64,000 bases of DNA from an uncultured Gammaproteobacteria bacterium (GTDB taxonomy: Bacteria > Pseudomonadota > Gammaproteobacteria > Pseudomonadales > UBA5518): assembly GCA_903928015.1 (NCBI GenBank), contig CAIYPF010000116.1, positions 27,084 to 91,083 on the forward strand, given 5' to 3'. A program made the translations under genes and the position numbers. Of the stretch, positions 16,486-24,290 are shown piece by piece. Every line of letters begins with the position of its first letter. The first letter of the stretch is position 1. The notes beneath the pieces were generated by a model. That model worked only from the letters and a program-made list of their open reading frames with translations. It was not told the DNA's origin and ran no database searches.

Positions 16486-18120
16486 TCAGGAGCGCTGGAT
16501 CGCAGCCCACTGCCCGACCAGCGCCGCAGCAGCGGCATCGAGTGCGCCAACAGACGCTGCATCACCGCACATTGCCCTGTGCACCGTCTCGCCGATCTGC
16601 TTGCCGAGTTCGACACCGAACTGATCGAAAGAGTTCAGGTTCCAGAGAATGCCCTCCACCGCGGTGCGGTGTTCGTAGAGCGCAAGCAGGGCGCCCAGCG
16701 TCGCGGGATCCAGCCGATGCATGCTGATGGTGTTGCTCGGACGGTTTCCCGGCATGACCAGATGCGGAGCGAGACGCTCTGTCTCGACGGCGCTCATGCC
16801 CCGGGCCGCAAGCTCCGCTCGCGCATCCTCCAGCGTCCTGCCCTGCATCAGCGCCTGCGCCTGCGCGATGCCATTGGCCACAAGGTAAGCGTGCTGCGCG
16901 CGGCGGGAGGCGTGGGTCTCCAGCGGCAGCACGAAATCCACCGGCACCATGGAGGAGCCCTGATGCAGCATCTGGTGGAAGGAATGCTGTCCGTTGGTGC
17001 CGGCCGTTCCCCAGAGGACACCGGAGGAATGCCGAGGCAAGGGCAGGCCCTGGCGATCGACCGACTTGCCGTTGCTCTCCATTACGAGTTGCTGGAGGAA
17101 CTCCGGCAGGCGGGCCAGGCGCTGGTCGTAAGGCAGCACTGCATGCGTGGCTGCGTCCCAGAAATTGCGGTACCAGACCGAGAGCAGCGCGAGCAGCACG
17201 GGCATGTTGGCGTGGAGCGGAGCCTCCAGCGCGTGAGTGTCCATGCGGTGCGCGCCCGAGAGCAGTGCCTCGAAGGCATCCATGCCGAGACCGATGGCGA
17301 GGGGCAAGCCGATCGAGGACCAGAGCGAGTAACGCCCGCCCACCCAGTCCCACATCGGGAGCACGTTGTCGGCGGCGATGCCGAAATCCACCGCTCGGGG
17401 GACATTCGCGGACACTCCCGCGAGATGACGCGACAACGCGTCGGGAGGACAACCGGCGGCGAGCAGCCACTCGCGGGCTGCGGTGGCGTTCTGCAGTGTC
17501 TCGAGCGTGCCGAAGGTCTTGGATGCAATGACAAAAAAAGTGCTTGCGGGATCAAGCGCACGCAAGGTGTCCTCGAGATCGCGCGGGTCGACGTTGGACA
17601 CGAAGTGCAACGAAAGCCCGGCAGGCTGCAGATGCGCGAGCGCGTCCGCCACGAAGCAGGGGCCGAGGTGTGAGCCGCCAATGCCGATGTTCACCACCGC
17701 ACGGATACGGCCTCCACGCCAACCGACCCATTCCCCGCTGCGGATGCGGCCCGCAATGCCAGCCATGCGCTCGCGCATCGCTCGCACGTCGGCAGACTGC
17801 GGCAACGCCTGCCCTGCATCGCTGCCACGCAAAGCCGTGTGCAGGGCCGCCCTGCCTTCGGTAAGGTTGACGTGCGCACCGCCGAACTGCGCGCGCAGGC
17901 GACCCTGCGTGTCGCTGGCCGTCGCCAGAGCAAGCAATGCGGCGAGCGCCGCATCGTCGAGGCGGTTGCGGGAATAGTCGAGCGAGAGTCCGGCAGCCTC
18001 GAGCCGGTAGCGCGCAATGCGTCCGGGATCCGTCGCAGCCGCGGAGCGCATATCGAAGGTCTCCAGCCGCTCGCGCTCACGCGCAAGATCCAGCCAGGCT
18101 GTGGCAGCCGCCGACTCCAT
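16486..18120 (-). CDS. pgi: Glucose-6-phosphate isomerase
   Basis: ORF 16486..18486 is trimmed to the ATG at 18120 (MESAAATAWLDLARE...). The sequence is PGI-like throughout (IGIGGSHLGP, GGRYSLWSSIG, ESNGKSVDRQG). Confidence 0.9.
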   Translation of the reverse strand: MESAAATAWLDLARERERLETFDMRSAAATDPGRIARYRLEAAGLSLDYSRNRLDDAALAALLALATASDTQGRLRAQFGGAHVNLTEGRAALHTALRGSDAGQALPQSADVRAMRERMAGIAGRIRSGEWVGWRGGRIRAVVNIGIGGSHLGPCFVADALAHLQPAGLSLHFVSNVDPRDLEDTLRALDPASTFFVIASKTFGTLETLQNATAAREWLLAAGCPPDALSRHLAGVSANVPRAVDFGIAADNVLPMWDWVGGRYSLWSSIGLPLAIGLGMDAFEALLSGAHRMDTHALEAPLHANMPVLLALLSVWYRNFWDAATHAVLPYDQRLARLPEFLQQLVMESNGKSVDRQGLPLPRHSSGVLWGTAGTNGQHSFHQMLHQGSSMVPVDFVLPLETHASRRAQHAYLVANGIAQAQALMQGRTLEDARAELAARGMSAVETERLAPHLVMPGNRPSNTISMHRLDPATLGALLALYEHRTAVEGILWNLNSFDQFGVELGKQIGETVHRAMCGDAASVGALDAAAAALVGQWAAIQRS

Positions 18121-18207
18121 GATGAGCGTACCTCCGGATGACGGGTTGCCGCCGCACGCGGCAATCCGCAGAATCCGGGAAGTGTAGTCAAAGAAGTCGT
18201 CTGTCCC

Positions 18208-18735
18208 ATGAGCACATCGCGCGAAGGCGTCACCCTGATAGGCATGCCCGGAGCGGGCAAGAGCACCGTGGGCGTGCTGCTCTCCAAGCGTCTTGCTCTG
18301 GGTTTCATCGATTCGGACCTGCTGATCCAGGTGCGCGAGGACAAGCCCTTGCAGAAGGTGCTGGACGACGAGGGATACCTCGGACTGCGCGCCATCGAAG
18401 AGGCCGTGCTGCTCACGGTGGAACCCCGCGGCAATGTGATCGCCACCGGCGGGAGCGCGGTCTACAGCGATGCCGCCATGCGACACCTCGCCTCGGGGAG
18501 TTGCGTGGTGTGGCTCGATGTGCCGCTCACGGAACTGCGCACGCGCATCCGCGATTACGAGACCCGCGGCATATCACGGCGGCCGGATCAGGACTTCAGC
18601 GAACTCTTCGCCGAGAGGCAGGCTCTTTACTCTCGCCACAGCGATCTTCGCATCGACTGTTCGGACGGCAATCAGGAGGATGCGCTCGAGCGACTGCTCG
18701 CTGCGCTGGAAGTACGGCGTGGAGGAGCATCCTGA
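18208..18735 (+). CDS. Shikimate kinase family protein
   Basis: The 175-aa ORF has the P-loop LIGMPGAGKSTVG followed by DSDLLI, the shikimate-kinase signature. It is not in the usual aroK-aroB context. Confidence 0.75.
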   Translation: MSTSREGVTLIGMPGAGKSTVGVLLSKRLALGFIDSDLLIQVREDKPLQKVLDDEGYLGLRAIEEAVLLTVEPRGNVIATGGSAVYSDAAMRHLASGSCVVWLDVPLTELRTRIRDYETRGISRRPDQDFSELFAERQALYSRHSDLRIDCSDGNQEDALERLLAALEVRRGGAS

Positions 18736-19202
18736 TGGGCACGCCGACGGCAAAACCCATAGACCCGCGTCTCAATGGCCTCATCCGGGCCCTGATGAAG
18801 CTCTACACACGGCTGAACGTTTTTGTATACCGCACCAGCAGCGGTCGGCTGATGAACCGCTTCCCCAACGGATCCCCGATCTGTCTGGTCACCATGACGG
18901 GCGCACGCACCGGACGCAGACGCACCATTCCTCTCATCTACATTCCTCACGGAGACGAGGTGATCCTTGTGGCATCGCAGGGCGGCATGAGCACGCATCC
19001 GCTGTGGTTCCACAACATCCGCACGAATCCGGAGGTAAGCATTACAGCGCAGGGCCGCACACGGCGAATGCATGCGCAACTGGCAGACGATGCCGGCAAG
19101 GCTGCGGTTTGGCCGGTAGCGGTAGCGGCGTATCCGGACTTCGTGGATTACCAGGCGCGCACGGAGCGCAACATTCCGGTATTCATCTGCACTCCGGTGT
19201 AA
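18735..19202 (+). CDS. Deazaflavin-dependent-nitroreductase-like (DDN / PNPOx-like split-barrel) family protein
   Basis: An internal ATG at 18735 lies in the frame of ORF 18138..19202. The product is MGTPTAKPID...VYRTSSGRLMNRF...ICLVTMTGARTGRRRTIPLIY...VASQGGMSTHPLWFHNI...NIPVFICTPV. Its start overlaps the upstream stop (TGATG). Confidence 0.65.
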   Translation: MGTPTAKPIDPRLNGLIRALMKLYTRLNVFVYRTSSGRLMNRFPNGSPICLVTMTGARTGRRRTIPLIYIPHGDEVILVASQGGMSTHPLWFHNIRTNPEVSITAQGRTRRMHAQLADDAGKAAVWPVAVAAYPDFVDYQARTERNIPVFICTPV

Positions 19203-19205
19203 CGA

Positions 19206-20384
19206 TCAGGCAGCGCGCTGCACCAGCCAGAAGATGCCCGTGGCGCACAGAAGCCCCGCCAGCATTTTTTCTCCCTGCTCCATCCGCCGCGCGCCAACAA
19301 CGCGTGCCAGCAACGCGAGCATGGTCGCGAAGAGTCCGAGCAGGACCAACTGTCCGAGCTCCACACCGATATTGAATCCGGCGAGCGCCCACGCTCGCCT
19401 CCCCTCGGGCAGGCCGATGCTGCGCAGAGCGGAAGCGAAACCGAGCCCGTGCACCAGCCCGAAGACCGCCATCATTCCAAGGTGCAACAACTGCACTGCG
19501 GAGCTACGCGCAGCGAGCATCAGATAGGCAGGCACGAGAATCAGCAGGGCAGCCGCGGCAGTCGGTGGAAGCGCCACCCCGGCAACTGCCATCCCCCCCA
19601 GCAACAAGCCGCCCGTCACGGCAGACAACAACACGGTGGCCGTGCGCCCCCCGTTGCTGCGTTGCCAGACCTCGGCCGCAAGCAAGGCCACCGTGAAACC
19701 GATGAGAGCCTCGACACCTGCGGTCTGGACCCGCAGAAACCCCAACGCCGAAAGAGAAAGCGTGATGCTGTGACCAAGCGTGAAGCCCGTGACCATCCAG
19801 GCGCGCCTGGCGAGACCGGAAGCTGCAAGTAGCAGGCAAAGCAGGAAGGCGATGTGATCCAAACCCTCGAGGATATGTGCGAAACCCAGCGCCACATACT
19901 CGCGAACGACCGGCGCAATCCCGGGCACCCCGGACGTACCCTCGGGCTCGACGGTGTCGTCGCCTTGTGTGAGCAAGGCATCGACAGATCGACCACTGTA
20001 AAGGACGGTCGCGTAATGGAGAGGCTGTGAAGCGACATCTCCGAGCAAGCGCACCCGTATGGACGGCGCGGTCACCTGCTGCCCGCAACTGAAGTGCAAT
20101 CGCACCACCCGCAACTCCTGCGGTGATGCCCGGGGCTCGGCTGCATCAAGCGGGCAGTCGGCGCCAGCACTGCGGAATCCCACCGTGCGCGCCAACTCGG
20201 CAGACAACCACTGCGCATCGTCGGGCAGGCCAAGGCGCTGGAGTTCGATGGCTTCGATTCCCACCACCGCCTCTGCGCCCGCCGAGCCGATCTCCCAGCG
20301 AGACCATGAGCGCGTCTGCCAATCTGCCAGAGCCTCGGGCGCGATCGTCGCCAGCGCCAGAAGCACGAGAAGAGTCCGGATCAC
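19206..20384 (-). CDS. HupE/UreJ-family membrane protein with an N-terminal periplasmic domain
   Basis: The 392-aa ORF has a signal peptide, a soluble region of about 170 aa, then FAHILEGLDHIAFLLCLL and multiple TM helices typical of HupE/UreJ_2. Confidence 0.7.
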   Translation of the reverse strand: MIRTLLVLLALATIAPEALADWQTRSWSRWEIGSAGAEAVVGIEAIELQRLGLPDDAQWLSAELARTVGFRSAGADCPLDAAEPRASPQELRVVRLHFSCGQQVTAPSIRVRLLGDVASQPLHYATVLYSGRSVDALLTQGDDTVEPEGTSGVPGIAPVVREYVALGFAHILEGLDHIAFLLCLLLAASGLARRAWMVTGFTLGHSITLSLSALGFLRVQTAGVEALIGFTVALLAAEVWQRSNGGRTATVLLSAVTGGLLLGGMAVAGVALPPTAAAALLILVPAYLMLAARSSAVQLLHLGMMAVFGLVHGLGFASALRSIGLPEGRRAWALAGFNIGVELGQLVLLGLFATMLALLARVVGARRMEQGEKMLAGLLCATGIFWLVQRAA

Positions 20385-21232
20385 CGCGAGGACGTCCCGC
20401 TTTCAGTGATCACGCGCGCGTCCTTGCGGAGACGTGCAACATACCGGGCGAGGGTTTCCTCGTCGCGCCTGCGGCGGAACTCCGCCTCGACCTGCGGCCT
20501 GATCTCGGCGAGTGCAGGAAAACCGCCCGAATCGCGTGCCAACAGACGCAGCACACTGACGCCACCGGACGCTGTGGGCTCACCAATGCTGCCGCCCACG
20601 GGCAGCGCTACCGCGCGTGCCGCCAGGGAAGAGCCGAGATAGTCACGCCACCTCGCCTCGGCAAGGGGCGTTGCCGGCAGCGCAGGATCGCGTTGTCCAC
20701 GCGCGAATGCCGCGTCATCTCCGGCTGCGGCACGATCTGCCTCGCGCTGATCGGTGAATACGCGTCGCTCGATGCGGAAGGTATCGGGCCGCCGGAAGTA
20801 ACCGGCGTTACGTTCGACGAAATCCGCAAGCTCGGATTCTTCCACGGGTGCCGCTGATCCAGCTGCAACGGCCTGACGGATGACCTCTTGCACGAGTTGC
20901 GAGCGTAACCGCGCGTCCGCGCGCGCCAGACCCAGGGCGAGGCCCTGCTGCAGAAGCAGTTCTTCATCTACAAGCCGGGCGATCACCTCTTCCCGTTCGG
21001 AAGGGTCGGGTGCATGCCCGAGCTGATCGCCGAGACGTCGCAAAAGCGGATCGAGTTCCGCGCGGGAGAGGGTTTGTCCGTTCACGCTGGCAAAGGCATT
21101 TTCAGGCAGGCTGCCAGCATCATCGACCACACCTCCGATCGCCAGCGCCACCGCAACCGCCACGACAGCGCAGAGCAGGACATCGGCCCGACGGGAGCGG
21201 CTAGCTGGATTGGTGGAGTTGTCGGATGTCAT
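20381..21232 (-). CDS. Membrane-anchored SurA-N/parvulin-like (PpiC-type) chaperone-like protein
   Basis: ORF 20381..21652 is trimmed to the ATG at 21232 (MTSDNS...VLLCAVVAVAVALAIGG TM anchor). It shows SurA-N-like helices and a degenerate parvulin-like C-terminal region. It overlaps the HupE-like gene by 4 nt. Confidence 0.55.
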   Translation of the reverse strand: MTSDNSTNPASRSRRADVLLCAVVAVAVALAIGGVVDDAGSLPENAFASVNGQTLSRAELDPLLRRLGDQLGHAPDPSEREEVIARLVDEELLLQQGLALGLARADARLRSQLVQEVIRQAVAAGSAAPVEESELADFVERNAGYFRRPDTFRIERRVFTDQREADRAAAGDDAAFARGQRDPALPATPLAEARWRDYLGSSLAARAVALPVGGSIGEPTASGGVSVLRLLARDSGGFPALAEIRPQVEAEFRRRRDEETLARYVARLRKDARVITESGTSSR

Positions 21233-21302
21233 GACGGAAGTATGCATTGATCCAGGTGCGGACCGCATCCAGAATGCGGCAAAGCCGAGGCTGCTCATCA
21301 CC

Positions 21303-21968
21303 ATGTCAGACAGCAATACCGATCCATTTGCGAGCGAGGAGATCACACCTGCCATCAGTGCGGAGTGGGAGGCCAAGCGTCGCGTGGCCGCAGCCTTGCG
21401 CGGGCTCACCGGACTGCTGGTGAGCACTTCGCCTGAACTGTCCGACTTGCATGCACTGGCTGCACGGCTCGAGGACTCCATGCACGGGTTCGACACGCTG
21501 CCGCGCCTCGCCGGGAGATCCGCCTTCGCCGACGCCGGCGGACATGGCAATTTCCGCCAGCTCGCGCACGAACTGAACCCGCTGTCAGGCATGAGCAATC
21601 CGCTGGCGCCACCGCTGAACGTCTGGCTTGAAGACGGCTGCGCACGCGGCAAGGCGACACTGGGCTGGGCCTATGAGGGCCCGCCTGGTTCCGTGCACGG
21701 TGGCGTAGTAGCGGCATTGTTCGACCAGTTCATGGGTATCGCCCAGGCGTTGGGCGGACAACCCGGCATGACGGGGACGCTGTCCGTGCGCTACCACCGC
21801 CGCACGCCGCTGCACGTCGAACTTCACTTCAGCGGAAAGCTCCGCCGCACCGAAGGGCGCAAAACCGTGGTTCATGCCGAACTGCATGCCGGAGGTGTTC
21901 TGACTGCGGAATGCGAAGCGCTGTTCGTGCGGCCGGTGTCGGGCATGCCGCTGCGGCCCTCATCCTGA
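21303..21968 (+). CDS. PaaI-family (hotdog-fold) thioesterase
   Basis: ORF 21210..21968 is trimmed to the ATG at 21303. It has the GSVHGGVVAALFDQFMG motif and is about 220 aa. Confidence 0.7.
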   Translation: MSDSNTDPFASEEITPAISAEWEAKRRVAAALRGLTGLLVSTSPELSDLHALAARLEDSMHGFDTLPRLAGRSAFADAGGHGNFRQLAHELNPLSGMSNPLAPPLNVWLEDGCARGKATLGWAYEGPPGSVHGGVVAALFDQFMGIAQALGGQPGMTGTLSVRYHRRTPLHVELHFSGKLRRTEGRKTVVHAELHAGGVLTAECEALFVRPVSGMPLRPSS

Positions 21969-21976
21969 TCAGGCCG

Positions 21977-22777
21977 CTAGAGGAAATCGGGCCAGTCTTC
22001 CGCACGCAGATCGCGCCAGTGCGGAGTGCGCTTACCGGCCCACGCCGCTCCGCCTTCGTGCGCATCCGGCGCGCGCATGCTGAAGTCAAGCGCGCGGGTC
22101 TCGAGATCAACAAGTTCGGAGCGCGAGGCATCCAGCCCTCGCCAGAGCAGGCGCTTGTGCATGCCCATCACCAGCGGCGAGCAGTTCAGCGCCATGTCCG
22201 CGGCAATTTCGAGGGCAGCGGGTAGTACATCGGCAGCGGACACCGCGCGCGAGCACAGACCCCACTCCAGCGCCTGCGCACCATCCAGACGGCTGCCTCT
22301 TGCCAGGATCTCGAACGCCCGTTCGAAACCGGTGAGCCTCGGCAGCAGGTACTCGATGCCGAAATCCGCCACCACACCACGGCGATTCTGCAGTGCCCCG
22401 TACTTGCCCTCGAGCGCGAATACCCGCAGATCGCACTGCAGCGCGATGCCGAGCCCGATCCCGATTGCGTGACCGTTGCAGGCCGCGATCACGGGCTTGC
22501 GCACGTCCCAGGCCTGGAACGACAAGGGGCAGGAGGACACCAGCGGCATGTCATCGCCGGCAACAAACACCTCGGGGTCGGCCATGTCGGCACCTGCACA
22601 GAAAGCATTTCTGCTGCCGGTGATAACCACGACACGGACTGCGGGATCGGCGTCGCACTCCCGGTAGTGCCCACCTAGCTCCTCAATCATTCCTGCAGAA
22701 AAGGCGTTCAGCTTCTCGGGACGGCAGAACCGGATGAGCGCGATGCCGTCCTGGATGTCGATGCTGGTATCAGCCAT
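21977..22777 (-). CDS. Enoyl-CoA hydratase/isomerase (crotonase) family protein
   Basis: The 266-aa ORF has crotonase-fold motifs (RPEKLNAF, VVVITGSRNAFCAGADM, PVIAACNGHAIGIG). Confidence 0.85.
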   Translation of the reverse strand: MADTSIDIQDGIALIRFCRPEKLNAFSAGMIEELGGHYRECDADPAVRVVVITGSRNAFCAGADMADPEVFVAGDDMPLVSSCPLSFQAWDVRKPVIAACNGHAIGIGLGIALQCDLRVFALEGKYGALQNRRGVVADFGIEYLLPRLTGFERAFEILARGSRLDGAQALEWGLCSRAVSAADVLPAALEIAADMALNCSPLVMGMHKRLLWRGLDASRSELVDLETRALDFSMRAPDAHEGGAAWAGKRTPHWRDLRAEDWPDFL

Positions 22778-22814
22778 GGAAACATGCTCCCCGAAAGTTG
22801 TGTCTCATGTGCGC

Positions 22815-23321
22815 TCAGTCATCGCGCGGCCACTGCAACGCTGCAATCATCGCATTGGTCGCGTGCCATGCGAGCAGGAGTGCGGCCGCGACTACGCACT
22901 GCGAAAAATCCACGGGCACCGCTGACGAGCGCGCGATGACAATCGACGCCAGAAGGATGAACAGATTCCGTGCAAGGACTCCGGCACCCGGACGCAAGTT
23001 GTGGGCTCCGTCGCAACCGCAATCGAAGTCTGTGGTGCCGCGCACCACGTTCACCGCAATCGCGAACCCGAAACCGGCGAGGAGCACCGAGGCAGCAATG
23101 GCGCCTGCGATTCGCGTCGACGGCAGTAGCAACAGCAAGCCTGTGGCGAGTTCGACCAAAGCAAGAAGCGGGGCGAGATATCTGCCTGCCCCAGTGCGCA
23201 AGACGTCATAGGCATCGATCGCAGATGCCAAGGCGGGAAGGTTCCTGAATCCGGACGCGGCAGCGCGGAAGAAGATCGCTGACAGTGCGAGGGCCGCCGA
23301 AGGAAGCCACAACGACTCCAT
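22815..23321 (-). CDS. MauE/DoxX-like redox-associated membrane protein
   Basis: The 168-aa ORF has four predicted TM helices and a DFDCGCDG motif resembling the MauE family. Confidence 0.6.
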   Translation of the reverse strand: MESLWLPSAALALSAIFFRAAASGFRNLPALASAIDAYDVLRTGAGRYLAPLLALVELATGLLLLLPSTRIAGAIAASVLLAGFGFAIAVNVVRGTTDFDCGCDGAHNLRPGAGVLARNLFILLASIVIARSSAVPVDFSQCVVAAALLLAWHATNAMIAALQWPRDD

Positions 23322-23577
23322 TGCTCAGGCCACCTTGCCCGAGTGCGTCACAGCAAGCGACTGCACCGGCACATAACAGGCAGCACTGGTGAGCGGGAGA
23401 TGAAAAAAGGGTTTTCTGCGAGGAAAAACGCGAAATATGGATCTGCGAGGACGCATCGGCACACGAGTGGTCCGGTCGCGGGAATTGATGTCTTTGTTAA
23501 GGATGGTCGGAGCGTAGAGGATGCGCGCTGGGCGCCGGGTGACTTGGGCACGTCCTTGTGCCCTCTGTACGAGAAGC

Positions 23578-23880
23578 TTACTTCTTCGCTGCGGCTTTCT
23601 TCGCAGCAGGCTTCTTCGCAGCAGCTTTCTTCGCAGCAGGCTTCTTCGCTGCGGGCTTCGCAGCAGCAGCCTTCTTCGGAGCAGCTTTCTTCGCTGCGGG
23701 CTTCGCAGCAGCTGCCTTCTTCGCTGCGGGCTTCGCAGCAGCAGCTTTCTTCGGAGCCGCTTTCTTCGCTGCGGGCTTCGCAGCAGCAGCTTTCTTCGGA
23801 GCAGCAGCTTTCTTCGCTGCAGGCTTCTTGGCTGCGGCCTTCTTGGCTGCAGGCTTCTTCGCCGGTTTCGTCTCTGCCAT
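23578..23880 (-). CDS. Histone H1-like Lys/Ala-repeat nucleoid-associated protein
   Basis: ORF 23578..23931 is trimmed to the ATG at 23880, after GGGGAGA. The product MAETKPAKKPAAKKAAAKKPAAKK...AAKK (100 aa) is almost entirely AAKKP/KPAAKKA repeats, like the AlgP/PhaF C-terminus or BpH1-type proteins. Confidence 0.75.
   Translation of the reverse strand: MAETKPAKKPAAKKAAAKKPAAKKAAAPKKAAAAKPAAKKAAPKKAAAAKPAAKKAAAAKPAAKKAAPKKAAAAKPAAKKPAAKKAAAKKPAAKKAAAKK
23578..23880. repeat. Degenerate tandem DNA repeats (GCAGC/CTTCTTCGC units) encoding the KA repeats
   Basis: Iterations of cttcttcgc(a/t)gc(a/g)ggcttcgcagcagc are visible. All six frames produce low-complexity ORFs. Confidence 0.8.
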
Positions 23881-24290
23881 TTCTAGTCTCCCCGTTGCAT
23901 TGGATTGGTGAAGCGCGCGTGCGCGATTCACTGATACTTAATAGCACATTTCAAACCAGTGCGTAGGGGAATTTTTGGCAGGCCACGACACGTCCGAAGG
24001 CTGCGGTTGAGCGACTCGATTTCTCTGTCGTGCGATGGGACTGAAGCCGCAAACACACGCGTGCATGCCCGGATGATCAGGGCCGAATCTGGAAGAGCGC
24101 TCTGCGCAGGAAAAATGGAGACTCGAAAAATCATGCGTTTTACGCAGGGAAAACACACTTTTCCGATTCCACCAAGACCATCGGGCAGTGCCGCCTCCGA
24201 ACGAAGACGCCTGCCGGGCAGCATGCGGTGCCGATGGGTCTGCACGCTTGCTCTGCGAGCGCGCGCCATCGCGCGGCCGCGACAGATAAG

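Noticed and set aside
16486-18486. Long N-terminal extensions of several track ORFs: pgi to 18486, glgC to 5682, exbB to 46322, uvrC to 41030, the PPIase-like gene to 21652, and iorA-like to 27214
   Set aside because: The extensions lack homology and often overlap the neighbouring gene. Internal starts with RBS-like sequences give N-termini matching the known families, so the coordinates were trimmed.
18138-19202. 354-aa plus-strand ORF spanning the shikimate-kinase region
   Set aside because: Its 5' two-thirds is an out-of-frame overlap of the P-loop kinase gene. Only the last 155 codons (from 18735) look like a real DDN-like protein.
23343-23966. Alternative-frame ORFs over the KA-repeat region (S/L/Q-rich, C/E/S-rich and F/A/G-rich products on both strands)
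   Set aside because: They are all by-products of the tandem repeat. Only the minus-strand Lys/Ala frame has an RBS-preceded ATG and resembles a known protein class (histone H1-like).
24015-24140. Possible 6S RNA, because of an ATTTCTCTG... start reminiscent of E. coli ssrS
   Set aside because: I could not find the required long closing stem. The 3' partner sequence GAGACTCGAAAAATC pairs only poorly, and the genomic context is not the usual ssrS context. It is kept only as a generic 'structured non-coding region' finding.
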